Counted from the stretch's first letter, positions 35,393 to 50,855 are shown. The stretch: 64,000 bases of DNA from Octopus vulgaris (GCA_951406725.2 OX597827.1:10230001-10294000), one strand, 5' to 3'. Notes: a model not told the origin generated them from the sequence alone. Translations and numbers: made by a program.

Positions 35393-35669
35393 AAATTTTG
35401 ATTGGAATGGCGAAGCATCCAAACTCATCAACATAATTTCTAGACAGTCACAATTTCGTCTTCAATGTGATGTGATGTTCACATGTGTTGCTGTCCCCTC
35501 TTAAGTGTGCAGATATGTACATCATCGATCAGGTACATATCTGTCTATTCATTTTAGAATTGCACTGTATTATGGGTATTGAGTCCATCATCATAAATCT
35601 ATTTATGTGGAAAATTCTGCCAGCAAATATTAAATGAGTTATCTCCTAAAAGCTTTCTATCTGGTTTTG

Positions 35670-35843
<174 letters not shown>

Positions 35844-36267
35844 CTATTTTAACTTCAACTTTTCCATGCATGTACTTGTCAGGTAAAATTCAGTGAGGTA
35901 GATTTTCTACAGTTTGATACCCTTCTTATTGCTGGACTCACCTGCTTCCAAGCAAGGTAATTCCTCCACATAAGCCAGACATGGAAGATTGGAAATGGCT
36001 GACACTAATGGTAATTCTTGCATAATGGCAACTCTTGTTTACAAATATCACATGACGTCAAGACAAGGAGGCACAAATAATCTACCCCTTATACACATAC
36101 ATACAACAGGCTTCTTTCAGTTTCCACCTATCAAATCTACTCACATAGCTTTGGTCAGTCTGGTGCTATAGTAGAAAGGTTGTACTCAGGTGCTCCAGAG
36201 TAAAATTGAACCTAAAACTATGTAATTGAAAAACAAACTCTGTACCTATACACCTATACACCTATCC

Positions 36268-36504
36268 AAGGCGGCGAGCTGGCAGAAACGTTAGCACGCC
36301 GGGCGAAATGCGTAGCCGTATTTCGTCTGCCGTTACGTTCTGGGTTCAAATTCCGCCGAGGTCGACTTTGCCTTTCATCCTTTCGGGGGTCGATAAATTA
36401 AGTACCAGTTACACACTGGGGTCGATGTAATCGACTTAATCCGTTTGTCTGTCCTTGTTTGTCCCCCCCTCTGTGTTTAGCCCCTTGTGGGTAGTAAAGA
36501 AATA
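36268..36504 (+). mobile_element. Family D SINE, full length, young, with 13-bp TSD
   Basis: TSD TATACACCTATCC at 36255-36267 and 36505-36517; A-box-like GCTGGCAGAAACG, B box GGTTCAAATTCC; CpG-rich; central GCCTTTCATCCTTTCGGGGGTCGATAAATTAAGTACC. Confidence 0.93.
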
Positions 36505-37804
36505 TATACACCTATCCTTGTTTGGTATTATGTGGTGAGATGCATTGCAACTAGAAGAGTGGAGATGGGACACAGTTAAAGCTTGTATTGCCTGTTATAC
36601 AGGCAATACAAGAATAATACTTTCCCAATCAATGATTTACATAGCAGTTAGTCGTTAATCACTTGTTCAAGGGTTAACATGTCTATTATTTGCTGTTAAC
36701 AAGAGGGTTTTAGTTTGTTCTGTTTATTTTTTATAGTATATTATTAGTATTACTTTGATGTAATACATTTTATGTTCCATTCTATAAGATATTTGATATG
36801 TTCAACTATTCTATTGTTAGAATTCATTGAATTGATACAACATGCTTTAAGAGAAGTTATTGCATTTTCAATTAGTATGGTGGTGGTGGTTAATGAATTT
36901 GCTATATTGTATTGTCTTATGTCTTAATTTATTAATTTGTGAGATTAGCCTTTATTGACATATTTCCTTAATTCAGTGGACCTTTTTTTATCTTGTGCTC
37001 TGTGGAAAAAAAAAAGCTACAAGCTCTTCTTAGAAGGGATATTATGACAGACATTTTCTTCGTGTGTTGAACATTTGTTAACTCCTTCTAAGTATATGCT
37101 TTTATTAGTGACTTTTAGGAGTAAACACAGTGACTGTCATCTCTTCAATGATGACATGACTTTTACAGTGAAAGTTATAATACCTGTAGTAATGTCTGGT
37201 ATTATAAGAGCCAAACACCAATAAATTCCATCTACAATAAAACATCATGTCAACATCACTTTATTCTGAACTCAAGAATACAAAGATATCTAAAAATGTG
37301 ATGATAGACCCTGGAACTTTAATAATCCCAATAAACTGCTAAGGAGACATGAGAATATGAAACCATCTAATGAAAGATAAACAATGACACATTCATATTT
37401 GCAAAACACACACACACCTGTTATACAGGGTGACCCAAATACAATGCCTGATTAAAGTTGGTTATAATATTCAGCATTACAAATCATCAATATATTCACA
37501 TGAAACTTTCACGTAATATTCACAACACCATGCGTTTTATTTTATTTTTATAATTTAATTTTTATGGTTTTTATAATTTTTGCAATTCTCTAAAAGTTGA
37601 CAACTTAAATTGAGATGGTAATATCAACATCAATCAGATTGGTCCTGCATACCTGCATATTATTAAGAGGCAGCAACACATGTGAGTATCACTTCATCCT
37701 CAACTTATGAAACCAAAACTGACTAGAAATGCTGATGAATATGGAAGCTTTGCTAGTTCAAACAAACAGTAAGTAGAGGAAAAAATCTGAATAAAAATGA
37801 TATT

Positions 37805-37835
<31 letters not shown>

Positions 37836-37845
37836 ATACAAACAC

Positions 37846-37907
<62 letters not shown>

Positions 37908-38140
37908 TAAACACTAATAGTATTTAAAATTTATGGTAGCTATTTTGGTAGAATTTTCTTCATTTAATGCAAATATAAAAGATTACATCATGACATATAT
38001 ATACTTCACCATCATCAGGTAAAATCTTAAACATGCAAGATTTTAAACATCGGCCTGGATATAGTCATCATTAGCCATTTCTGTCATCTTACGAGTTGAT
38101 GTGCCTTAATTCTTGTGAATACATATAACAAATTATATAT

Positions 38141-38220
<80 letters not shown>

Positions 38221-38227
<7 letters not shown>

Positions 38228-38428
38228 ATCCAAACAAGAAAACACAAAAAAACACAACAACGCGAGGACGTGGAACAAATATAGTATTATTGGACGCAGG
38301 AAAGAAGGAAGAAGGAGGGTTTAACGTTTCGAGCGGAGCTCTTCGTCGGAAACATAGGAGAAGGAAAGATCCCGAGAAGGAAAGACAGAGGAAAAATATC
38401 GCCAATGGTACACACGAGGTCACATTTT
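38221..38428 (-). mobile_element. Penelope-like terminal repeat fragment with hammerhead-like motif (38319-38353)
   Basis: Minus strand reads GTTT-CCGACGA-A-GAGC(tcc)GCTC-GAA-ACGT-T-AAAC; abuts (TA)n. Confidence 0.65.
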
Positions 38429-38960
38429 GACTTATATGTGTTGTGTGTGCATTATATATTTATATACATATAGCTTTAACAATATTATACTTTTATAGTG
38501 AATTAGACTGATAGGGTTGTTAGAACATTGGACACAATATCTTGTGGTCTTTCTTTCTGAATCCCTACCTTCTGAGTTCAAGTCCTGCTAAAGTTGGCTT
38601 TTCCTCTCATTCTTTTTGAGTCCATAAAATAAAGTACCAGTTAAGTATGGATGTTAATTTCACCAACCAACCCTATGCTTCTCATTCATATTTCAGACCT
38701 TGTGTTTATATCAGAAACAATAATGAAATAATGCTTATTGCCACCTCAACATGGCTGTTCCATAAGAACCGATGTTACTATCATTTTAACCCCAGGAGGA
38801 CGCCTGCCCAGCTGATGATAAAATGGTACTAAATTTGGTTCTTACAGAAGAGCCAGGTTGAAGTGATGATAAACATTACTTCTCAGCATAGTTATTGCTT
38901 TCATCTCTTATAGCGATTTTCTTACTAGATAATTTGTTTAATTACAAAATATTTAAAAAA

Positions 38961-39357
38961 TCTTTATATATAAAAGTGAAGTTGTGTGTCTGTCTCCTAC
39001 GATTTAGATTCCTAACTACTCCTACATTTTGCGGTGCAGTTTAACCAAAACCGGGTATCTTATAGTCGTGATTCATATTGAGCCTTTCTGGGTATTAGCA
39101 CGCGTCTATGATGAGTCTACGATTTAAAAAAAATTTACCATAATTTTTTTCCATTTCAATGCATTTTTTTCGCTATTATATAAGGGAAGTAATTCTCTAA
39201 AAATGTCTACGATGAGTCAACGATTTAAAAAAAAATTTACCATCATTTTTTTCCCTTTTTAATGCATATTTTTGCTATTTTTTGGCTATAACTCTCTAAA
39301 AATGCTTATATAGTTATTTCCCTTAGAAACCCAAGCAATGCCGGGCGATACTGCTAG
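38961..39357 (+). mobile_element. Non-autonomous Helitron
   Basis: 5' TC start, 3' CTAG end preceded by GC-rich hairpin CCCAAGCAATGCCGGG, inserted between A and T with no TSD; internal duplication of about 100 bp (39104 vs 39205). Confidence 0.85.
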
Positions 39358-39897
39358 TCTTATATAAAGCTTTTCATAGTATGATTGAACCAAGTTTTTT
39401 TCTTTCAGCTCTAAGGAATTCCTTGAACTGCTGAACAAGAAATTTTGACCAGAACTTGTGTGATTCAGTCCTGAGCTGATAATCTAGCAATGTGGTATTT
39501 TGCCAGATTAGATGCTCACAGTTCTCAGTTGACTGAATAAAATGTCCAAAGTAATATTAAGCACTTTTGAGCATGCAGCGACGTCTTTCACCTATGATTC
39601 CCTTTTAAGGAGAAACATAAAGCCAAATATCTAATGCACTCATTTTAGAGACATACAATAAGAGAAGAAGAAGCATCTTATAATTGCTATTAAAACTCAG
39701 ATAAGTGAAAATAAAAACCTCTGTTGGAATACTATGATCATGCCTAGGGTTTTAACTTGATAAATACAAGTGAAATTATATGTCAACAAGTTGCATAGTG
39801 CTGGGATTTTTGTCATAAATATATCTGAATCAGCTGTTTTATCAGGCCGAACATGTGGTTATGTGTATGTGTTTCTGTATATGTACATACATTTATG

Positions 39898-39938
<41 letters not shown>

Positions 39939-39955
39939 GTGCATTTATATATACA

Positions 39956-39987
<32 letters not shown>

Positions 39988-40089
39988 CGCATATATATAT
40001 AGAGAGAGAGATATAGATAGATAGATACACACACATATATATGTATATGTATGTGCATATATATATATATGTACATATATGTATTTATA

Positions 40090-40146
<57 letters not shown>

Positions 40147-40314
40147 CGTTTAAATATTTGTTGTGCAAGATTTATTGGCTAAACTGATATATATATTATA
40201 TATATATATATATATATATGCATATATACATATATGTACATACCTACATATATGTATATATGCATATATATATATATATGCATATATACATATATATATG
40301 CATATATACATATT

Positions 40315-40519
40315 CTGTGCAGGTGGCACGTAAAAAGCACCCACTACACTCACGGAGTGGTTGGCGTTAGGAAGGGCATCCAGCTGTAGAAACATTGCCA
40401 GATTAGACTGGAGCCTGGTGCAGCCTTCTGGCTTCCCAGAACCCCGGTCGAACCGTCCAACCCATGCTAGCATGGAGAACGGACGTTAAACGATGATGAT
40501 GATGATGATGATGATGATG
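40315..40519 (+). mobile_element. Family A repeat copy
   Basis: Near-exact reverse complement of 1747-1946. Confidence 0.9.
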
Positions 40520-40673
40520 TACATACCTACATATATATGTATATATGCATGCATATATGGGTACAGGACGTAAAAAAACGTGAACAAAATCATTGTTTTT
40601 CCTTTTTTTATGTGCTTGTTTTTCATTTTGTTCACGTCTTTTTAACATCCTGTACACATATATGCCTGTATAT

Positions 40674-40712
<39 letters not shown>

Positions 40713-41217
40713 TATAAATAAGGATATAGAGATTCATAGGTGAACGTAGATAGCAATATAAACTGACAGATGCCTAGATATAGATAGTGTTATAAATATA
40801 GATGAATAAGTACACAGACAGATCTAACTCAAGATAGGTGATGGTAGACAGATATAACTTTTGATATATATTTACTTGCTTAGATATACCCTGATGGATG
40901 CTTAGATATGAAAAAGTAGAGTTTATATCAATAAATATATATATATATACATACATATACTGGAGCTTATATATATACTTGTATATATATATATAAATAT
41001 ATATGTATATATATATGTGTGTGTGTGTCTGTGTATGTATTTGTGTACATATGTGTATATGTTTATTATGCATATGGTTGTATGCATTTTGTCCCAGAGC
41101 CAGTCAAAGTTTCCTGAATACCTTTTACTTTTGATATTTGATATTTTAGCAAATTTTAAAACAGGTTTATACCACATAAATTTGTAAGCATGCCCTCGTT
41201 TAAATATATATATATAC

Positions 41218-41265
<48 letters not shown>

Positions 41266-41338
41266 AGAGAGAGAGAGACGTATATATCTATATAAGTGTG
41301 TATACGTATATATATATATATATATATGCATATATGTA

Positions 41339-41380
<42 letters not shown>

Positions 41381-42011
41381 TATATGTATATAGATGTGTG
41401 CATATATATATATGGATGTAAAATTATATGCATATAAACATATACATGTGTGTGTCTATATGTGTGTCTGTAAGTATGTATTAGCTACTAGAAGAACACA
41501 TGTAAGATATAAATAATGTCTATATGTGTATATTATTAATACATCTGAGAGTATCATTATAGCTGAAATTAAGTATTTAAGTATTTCTTGAGATTGTGGG
41601 GTTAGTAATTATACCGGGAGTATTAGCAACATGTTAGAAAAATAATTACAACATAAATAGGAAAATTGACTGAAATGAATAAGTATAAATAACTTTTATC
41701 ACCATAACAACATCTATAATAATAATAATGATAATAATAATAATAATAATGAACATTGGATTGACTAAAACAATAATAAAAACTTTATGCAAAAAAATGT
41801 TACCTTAAAGAATAAGTGAGAAATATATATGTACATATGTGTATATGTGTGTGTATATACATTAGAAAGGAAAAGTTAGATTGAGAGATACAGAAAGAGA
41901 TGATTGGTGAGAAGAAAAGAGCAAGAGAAAGAGTGAAGGGAAAGAGAGTGAGATAACATGTATATGTCTAAGTGTGTTTATATAATAGAATTAGTGAAAT
42001 ATTAGAGAAAC

Positions 42012-42045
<34 letters not shown>

Positions 42046-42127
42046 ATATATGTGAGAAGAAAAGAGAAACGGTAATGTATTATGAAGGAAAGAGAAAGTG
42101 AAATGAAAAAGAGATAGGAAAACTAAA

Positions 42128-42178
<51 letters not shown>

Positions 42179-42864
42179 AAGAGAAAGAATGAGATGGAGT
42201 GAGATTGAGAGAGCCAAGAAAAATACATATAAAACTTTTACTTATATAGCCCAAGGAACTCTTTACATATGTGTATATATATATGTATGTGTGTGTATAT
42301 GTATGTATATGTATGTGTGTGTGTGTGTGTGTGTATGTGTGTGTGTGTGTGTATGTGTATGTATGCATATATATACACACGTGCGAGAGTTTGTGCTTGT
42401 ATGTATGAATATGAGAAAAGGAAAATATTGATATTTTAATAACAAACTTACTTTCTCTAAAAACTTACAACCAAAATTTCTGCCGCCGCTTCATTCCTCA
42501 ATTCTTCTTGCAACGAATTTCATATTTTCATAACATGTAATAATATAATGAAAATAACATTGGTATTAAGGTTCTTTTTTTTTTTTTTTTTCTTCAAAAA
42601 AACCACTCAACTTGTGCCTTTGTTATTCCCTTCTGCCTACACTGATATTAAATGTTGTATCCAATTGAAAAGTTATCGGAGGAATAGCAGCTGCTGCTGC
42701 TGCTGTTGTTATTGCTGCTGCCACCGCTGTTGCTGCTGCTTGCTATAGCTGTCGCTGCTTATTGATATGGATGGTGGTATTGGTGATGCTGCTGTTGTTT
42801 CATATGGTGATAGTTACACTGTTTTCCTCATGTTTATATATATATGTATATATATATATATATG

Positions 42865-42913
<49 letters not shown>

Positions 42914-42914
42914 C

Positions 42915-43443
<529 letters not shown>

Positions 43444-43726
43444 CATTTTAATCCTGTTGTTGCGGCCTTTACATCTGTTGTTATCAATGCTGTTATTAAT
43501 AGTTTACTGTCATTATGGTTAGATTACGAATGTTGTTGTTGCTGTTGTTGTGACTGTTGTTTTTACTCTTGTATAACCCCAGATCAGCTTTAATTAATTA
43601 ATCATCCAAACTTACAATCAAATTGCATGTAATCCATCCATGACCATTCCATATTGTGTTCAGACACAGTGTTTTCCAAATTACACTGATCCGTGTGTCC
43701 TTTGCACTTATTTTGAAGGTGGTGGT

Positions 43727-43948
43727 GGTGGTGGTGTGCAATCCAGGGTGGGTAAGGAAAAGGTTTAGCTGCTATCTCTAGCAAACTGAAAACTTGTGTA
43801 CAGACTCCCTCTTTGACATGCTGATGTAAATGTTGTTGGTGGTGGTGTGCAATCCAGGGTGGGTAAGGAAAAGGTTTAGCTGCTATCTCTAGCAAACTGA
43901 AAACTTGTGTACAGACTTCCTCTTTGACATGCTGATGTAAATGTTGTT
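43727..43948. repeat. Tandem duplication, 111-bp unit x2
   Basis: GGTGGTGGTGTGCAATCCAGGG...AATGTTGTT occurs twice with one mismatch seen (CTCCCT/CTTCCT). Confidence 0.93.
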
Positions 43949-44429
43949 GGTGGTGGTGGTGTTATTAATTTTGTTCTTGTTATTGTTAATATAAAAGTTG
44001 TAGCTAATATTCTAGATGGAGGGGATTGTGGTGGGGGGAGCTGATATTTGGTGTTTTAACTGTTGTTGTTGTTGTTGCAGTTACTCTCCCCATCCATCAT
44101 CCTCATAGCACTTCCCACTTGAACAGTTGACAAACTAATATTCTGGAAACACAACGAAAAGAGAAGAAAATAACAACAACAACAACAAAAAACAACAGCA
44201 AAAACGAGAATGGAAATATGGAAAAAAAATAATAACGAGTAAAACATTAAACAGAGCCAGGTAAAAATGAGACTATGTAAACTAAGAGTCCCAGAAAGAT
44301 TTAAATGTATGTGTACATCCGTGTGCTTAAGTGACTCTACTAATTTAGAATGTGCTCACTTGGGGTTGTGTGCAACTGTGTGTGTCTCATATGCAAATAT
44401 ATATATATATACACATACATTCATACATG

Positions 44430-44624
<195 letters not shown>

Positions 44625-44629
44625 GTATT

Positions 44630-44661
<32 letters not shown>

Positions 44662-44727
44662 GTATTTATATATATTATGTATTTATCTCTCTCTCTATAT
44701 ATATATATAAATACATAATATATATAA

Positions 44728-44778
<51 letters not shown>

Positions 44779-44999
44779 CACATATATATATAATGTAAAC
44801 ATCAGCTAATGGATGACTGATTACAACTCATTTGATTCCAAAGCCCTGCCATCAAATGTAGAAGCAAATATAAGTGGTCAACACTTTATTATTTTACTTA
44901 GGCATATATTTGTGTACAAACACAGGCATCAAGGATTATACATGCATGCATGTACATGGACGTATAGATAAATACATGCATATACATATACATACAAGT

Positions 45000-45087
<88 letters not shown>

Positions 45088-45130
45088 GTATTGTCACTGG
45101 GTTACAAATGGTTAATCGATTGAATCAACT

Positions 45131-45194
<64 letters not shown>

Positions 45195-45211
45195 TATATA
45201 TATATATATGC

Positions 45212-45251
<40 letters not shown>

Positions 45252-45254
45252 GCA

Positions 45255-45288
<34 letters not shown>

Positions 45289-45907
45289 CACACATATATG
45301 TATATATGTGTGTATGTATTTGATAATGCAGATGAATAACACAGAAAAACATGGCATATCACATGTAAGATTCGAACACTCTTTTAACCTTGAGACTGAG
45401 AGGAACTTTCAGCTTTTTTAGAAGATATGACAACCTCTCTGGTGTGCTGGTGTTACTCTTTGGTATTTAGAAAGGCGTCCAGTCATAGAAGAAGCACAAA
45501 ATGTAGCTTGCAATTAAGATGAGGTTCTTCAATCCATCTCTTGAAAAGCAGCATTGACATAACAGGATGTAAAAGTAGATGTAAAATGATGAGGAGATGG
45601 ATGATGTTGATAATGATGAAGATATATATATAGTGTACGTATATATAAATTTTGTGCATGCATATATAAATATATATGCTAACACTGAACAATGAGAATG
45701 AGTGCTCAACATTGCATTGGTGGATAAATATTCTGTTTTGGGAGTTAACAAGTTGACCAATGAGAGATTTCTCTACGCATGAAAACATTGGTAGCCTTTC
45801 TACCCACAAATAAAGCATACATATACATATATATACATACATACATATATATATATACCCATGCTAGCATGGAAAATGGACGTTAAACGATGATGATGAT
45901 GATGATA

Positions 45908-45974
<67 letters not shown>

Positions 45975-46129
45975 ATAGATTGGTGGATGTAGTTGTATGC
46001 TTTCCAACCACATGGATATTGGTTAGTATATTATTAGTACCAGCCTTTGGCAGTTACCAGTTTAGTTTTTAAAAACACACGCAAACGTGTGTTTGTGGCA
46101 ATGGAAATGACCATTCCGAAATATAACAA

Positions 46130-46171
<42 letters not shown>

Positions 46172-49100
46172 GGTGCTGGAGTAGTTGTATGCCTTCCAAC
46201 CACATGGATCTGAGTTCAGTCCTACTTCATGGCTCCTTGGGCAAGTGTTTTTCTACTATAGCCTCGAGTTGACCAAAGCCTTCTGAGTGGATTTGGTAGA
46301 TGGAAACTGAAAGAAACATGTTGTATATATATATATATATATATAATATGTGTGTGTGTATCTGTGTCTGTGTATATATACATATCTATATATGTATGCA
46401 TAGTAATAAAGATAGATAGATAGATACATAGAGAGAGAGAGAGTGATCTTATATACATTTCGTATAAATTGAAGGGGAATCTATGTAGATAGACAGTCTT
46501 GTCTGTACGAATGGAATGTATACAAATGTGTTTGAGAATTTTTAATGATACAGATTCTCACTGGTCACATTTTAAAAATATTTCTTTCCTTTTTGTCAAT
46601 AGAATTAGAAATACCGCTTTCCAATACAAAAATCAAAGAAAATGCAAACCTTGACTGCATTTTCAAAAAAAAAAAAAAAATTTATATATGTGTGTTCATA
46701 GTTACTTTTTATTTATTTATTTTGCTATTATATTTATTTATTTATTTATTTGGTAATGCTAAAGTCTAAGGAATCATTTTCCATTAGTAATTGACAAATT
46801 TTTAAGATAGAAAACTAACTTTCATGGAGAAGTTTATAGATATAAAATTATTGGAACTCAGGTATACTAAATGGAATCTATGTTCAGTGATTCTGTATTT
46901 CTCAATATTTTTGGAAAAGTATGTTTACTTTCTTTGGAGTAGACCAGCAATGGAATGAAAGCAAATTATTGATTTTTTATCTTTTACTATCAGAAATATC
47001 CATTTTCCAAGTTTATTTATCCTTCCTACTTCAATGTATTGAATATCATTTGATTGCATTTTATATACAACAAATAAATAAACAAATAAAAATAAAAATA
47101 AAATAAAATGGGTCAATGCACAACTTCTTTTCCTTCCTTCCTTCCTTCCAAAAATCAACAAAATAAAGTAAAAAAAAAAATAGCAACTAAACATACAAAA
47201 AAAAAGCAAAGTTTAAGAAAAATATATACTAAAATCTCTAAAAGGTGTTGCGAGCCAAACGAGGTTTTTTTTTATTTTTTTTTATTTTGCTTGTTTTGCT
47301 TTTTTTTCCCTCTCTTTTCTTTTTTAAGACTTTTCAAGTCAGCAAATAACAAATATTTTTTCTTGTGTTGTTTATAGATGAAGCGAAAAACATTGCCAGC
47401 ATTTCCCATTCAAACAGTTATCTCCATAGAAGATAACTGTACTTGTCTTTTGTCTTCGGTATCTGGTCACTGACATCTGAATCTGCAGCTTCTTAGTTTT
47501 AAAAACTCTCTTTACCGAATTCCAGTTCGTTTGCTTTCTTTAGCCAATACACATTTTATAACATATACATTTGAAAGAAATGAAATACAACAACAAAAAA
47601 AAAAAAAGATTACTATCTCTTTCTGCTTTTTTTTTTTTTTACATTTTTTTTTTATCTTCTTATTCTTTCGTTTTAAGAACAGATGCTAAGCAGTGAGTTT
47701 TTATTTAATAGAAAGTAATTCAAGAAGGATTTTAACTAATTTAATCTGCCAGGGATTAGTGTTTCTGGTGATTGTGTTGTATAAAAATGGCATTAATTAT
47801 ATTAAAAGGCACATGTGATGATTGAAGAATTCATTTGAGGTTTTCTTTTTGGAATTCTAATAAAGTGAAATGACATGCTTGTGCGCAAAAATGAGTAACA
47901 ATAAAAAAACAAATGCCACAAAAAACTCACCCAAAAGCTCCACTGCACAATATGATGCATGGCTGTTCTCTTTCCAAAGTACTTCGATAATCTCTGCAGA
48001 GAAATCTTTCACTAAAATGCAGTTAGAGAATTTTTTTTACTTCTTCTTTTATTTAGATATTTTTTTTTCCAATGAAGTATTTGAGGTGGGGGGTGTGGCA
48101 GGCTTAAACCAGAAAAAGATTCCAAAGATGAATTAGTGTTAAACCTGTATGAGACATTTTAAATTATGGAAATGAAGAAAAATTGCAATTAGACTGAAAA
48201 TCTTCTGCCATCATTACCAAAATGTTGCAACTTAGATTTATTATCTTGAGTTCTGGGTTCTATTTTGTGATTGGATCATTTTCGGGATTCACAATTCGGA
48301 CAAAAGCATTATTGCGAATATTGTTCCTCTAGAATTTAAAAAATCTTCTAGAAGAAAGAAAAAGAAAATGATACTCTTTTTGATGTTTGAAGATTTTGGA
48401 AATAGATATTCATATGCAAAATGCTCCAAAATCATTTGAAGTCAAAATTACCAAAGATGAATTTGCGAAATATTCTGGTCTGATAAGTCATGTTAAAACA
48501 GTTTAATGAGTTAGCTGTAAATTATTTCTTTTAGAATTTAGAATAACATTCATTTTTAGCAATATGGGCTGTAAACATTTGGCATTCGATTTGCTTCCAT
48601 GATTGTTTTTGGAAAGGACTTCATAGTCACCATATCTTGGGAGTAGCAACTTATTGGTCCAGTGAATTCCAAACTTTCTACCTCTAACCTTGTTTTACTG
48701 TGTTTTGTTTTGGTTTGTTTCTTTTTTATTTAATTGTTTTTTATCATACTCATAGGTTCTCTTTTTCTCTTTCTTTCTCCGATACTCTTTACATCATTGT
48801 AGCAAATTTTCATTTACTCTCTCTTCCCACCTTCTTCCCTCTCTCTATTTATATACGTATGTATGAATGTATGTATGTATGGAGGTATATATGTATAAAT
48901 ATATGTATGTATATATATATATATATATACACATAGAGAGAGAGAGAGAGCCAAAAAGAGATGAATATGCGTGTGCTAGCACATGTATTTGCATGGGTGT
49001 GAGTGTGTGTGTATGTGTATGTGTGTGTGTGCGTGCATCTTCCTTCTTACTCTGTGTTTCTTGCCTGTTCACGCGTTCCCACCTCCGCTCAGTTTCTTCA

Positions 49101-50222
49101 ATATCGTAAGGAAAACAAAAATAAAAAAAAGAAACAGTAAAAAAACAAAATAAACAAAAGTATAAAAGAAAGAGGTAAAGAAAGAAAGATTCAGGTGAAA
49201 AGTAAAGGAATTGAAGAATTTTTATTTCGTTTTTCTTATCTCAATCTTAAGAGGTGGTGGCACATACAGACTTGATGTTTGCATATTCATACAGATAACT
49301 TTCTTTATCCCTTCAGCTCCAGGCTGAATTTTGCGGACAAGTCATTGCTTTCCGTCTTTTGATCTGAATGGTTACATTCAGTTAAGAAGTGTTTACTTAT
49401 GCCGATCTCTCAGCAGGGAATTATTGCATGCTGCGAAGCCAGAGTGCCGGAGCTAACATTCACTAATAAATGCATTATTAAGAACATCTTGGTGTACAAG
49501 AAAACTTAATGCATTAATAGAGAAAGGTGTAGGAACCTACACCAAAAGGCATGAAGCTTCTTGACTTGTAGCAAGATTTTACCAGTTTCTAGGTATATTA
49601 CCCCGAGGCTAATGTTTGATTAAATATCTTTTGGATATTAACTATAGCTCTACTGCTGCTGCTGCTGCTGCTGTGGCTGATGGTGGTGATGGTGGTGATG
49701 GTGGTGGTGGTGGTGGTGGTGGTGGTGGCTTTTTTTTTTTTTATCTTCCAAAGCGTGAAATAGCGTTATTTCTACTGCTATTTCAGCACCTTGTTAGATT
49801 AGACATGGAAAGCGGACAAATAAAAGAGGAAAGAAATGAATGAATAAGTAATGAAATGAGTCAGTAAATAAATATTTGATTATGATTGAGGAGAAGCTTC
49901 TTATTATAAAGAATTGCATTTACTTGCCGCCTTGCTTCATTTTGTTTGTGTTCCAGATTTTTACTGACATTTCGGCAAATTTTAGCTCTAATCAAATATT
50001 GAAAGCAATTCTTTAATTTCGATCTTAATTTTGTCTCTAAGAACCGAGAACTTTAGTAGATTAATTCAGTAAGGTGCTTGATTGTCTAACTGCCGAAATG
50101 TTGCTTATATATGTGAGCATGCACATGCATGTGTGTGTGTGTGTGTGTATGTGTGTGTTTTTTTTGTGTGTGTGTTTTTGTGTGTGTGTGTGTGTTTGTG
50201 TGTTTGTGTGTGTGTTTGTGTT

Positions 50223-50264
<42 letters not shown>

Positions 50265-50296
50265 TGTGTGTGTGTATGTATGTGTGTGTGTGTGTA

Positions 50297-50354
<58 letters not shown>

Positions 50355-50818
50355 AGTGAGATCTGTTGCTTACCTTTGCAGGATGTCATGCAAAAACACT
50401 CAGTCCTCAATGACTTCAATATTTATTCCAGCTTCTGGTAATCTGAGTTCAAATTTCTATCAAGGTCAACTTACCCTGTCATTAATCCTGGGTTTTGATA
50501 AATTAAGTACATGTCTAAGGTAGTGAGTGGATTGGTACAATTACTAGAACACTGGACAAAATACTTTGCAGTATATATTTCAAATATTTACTTTCTAAGT
50601 TCAAATCTTATTCTGACTCACATGGATGTAGACTTAATCTGTCACTTGATTAAAGAATCACCACCACTTAGGTCCTTGAGTGTTATTCACAGAGTTCCCA
50701 TGGTTGTCAACATTTAAATAGAGATATTTTCTTTCATCACTGCCACCATTCTTTCAGGCTCTCTCATAGGTCTTGGACACTGCCTTCAAACTGAACAAAG
50801 TGATCAACATAATGTTGC

Positions 50819-50855
<37 letters not shown>

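Noticed and set aside
50360-50440. Exon (plus-strand acceptor TTTGCAG or minus-strand donor AAG|GTAAGC)
   Set aside because: Each signal lacks a convincing partner site, and the segment runs into a decayed SINE fragment
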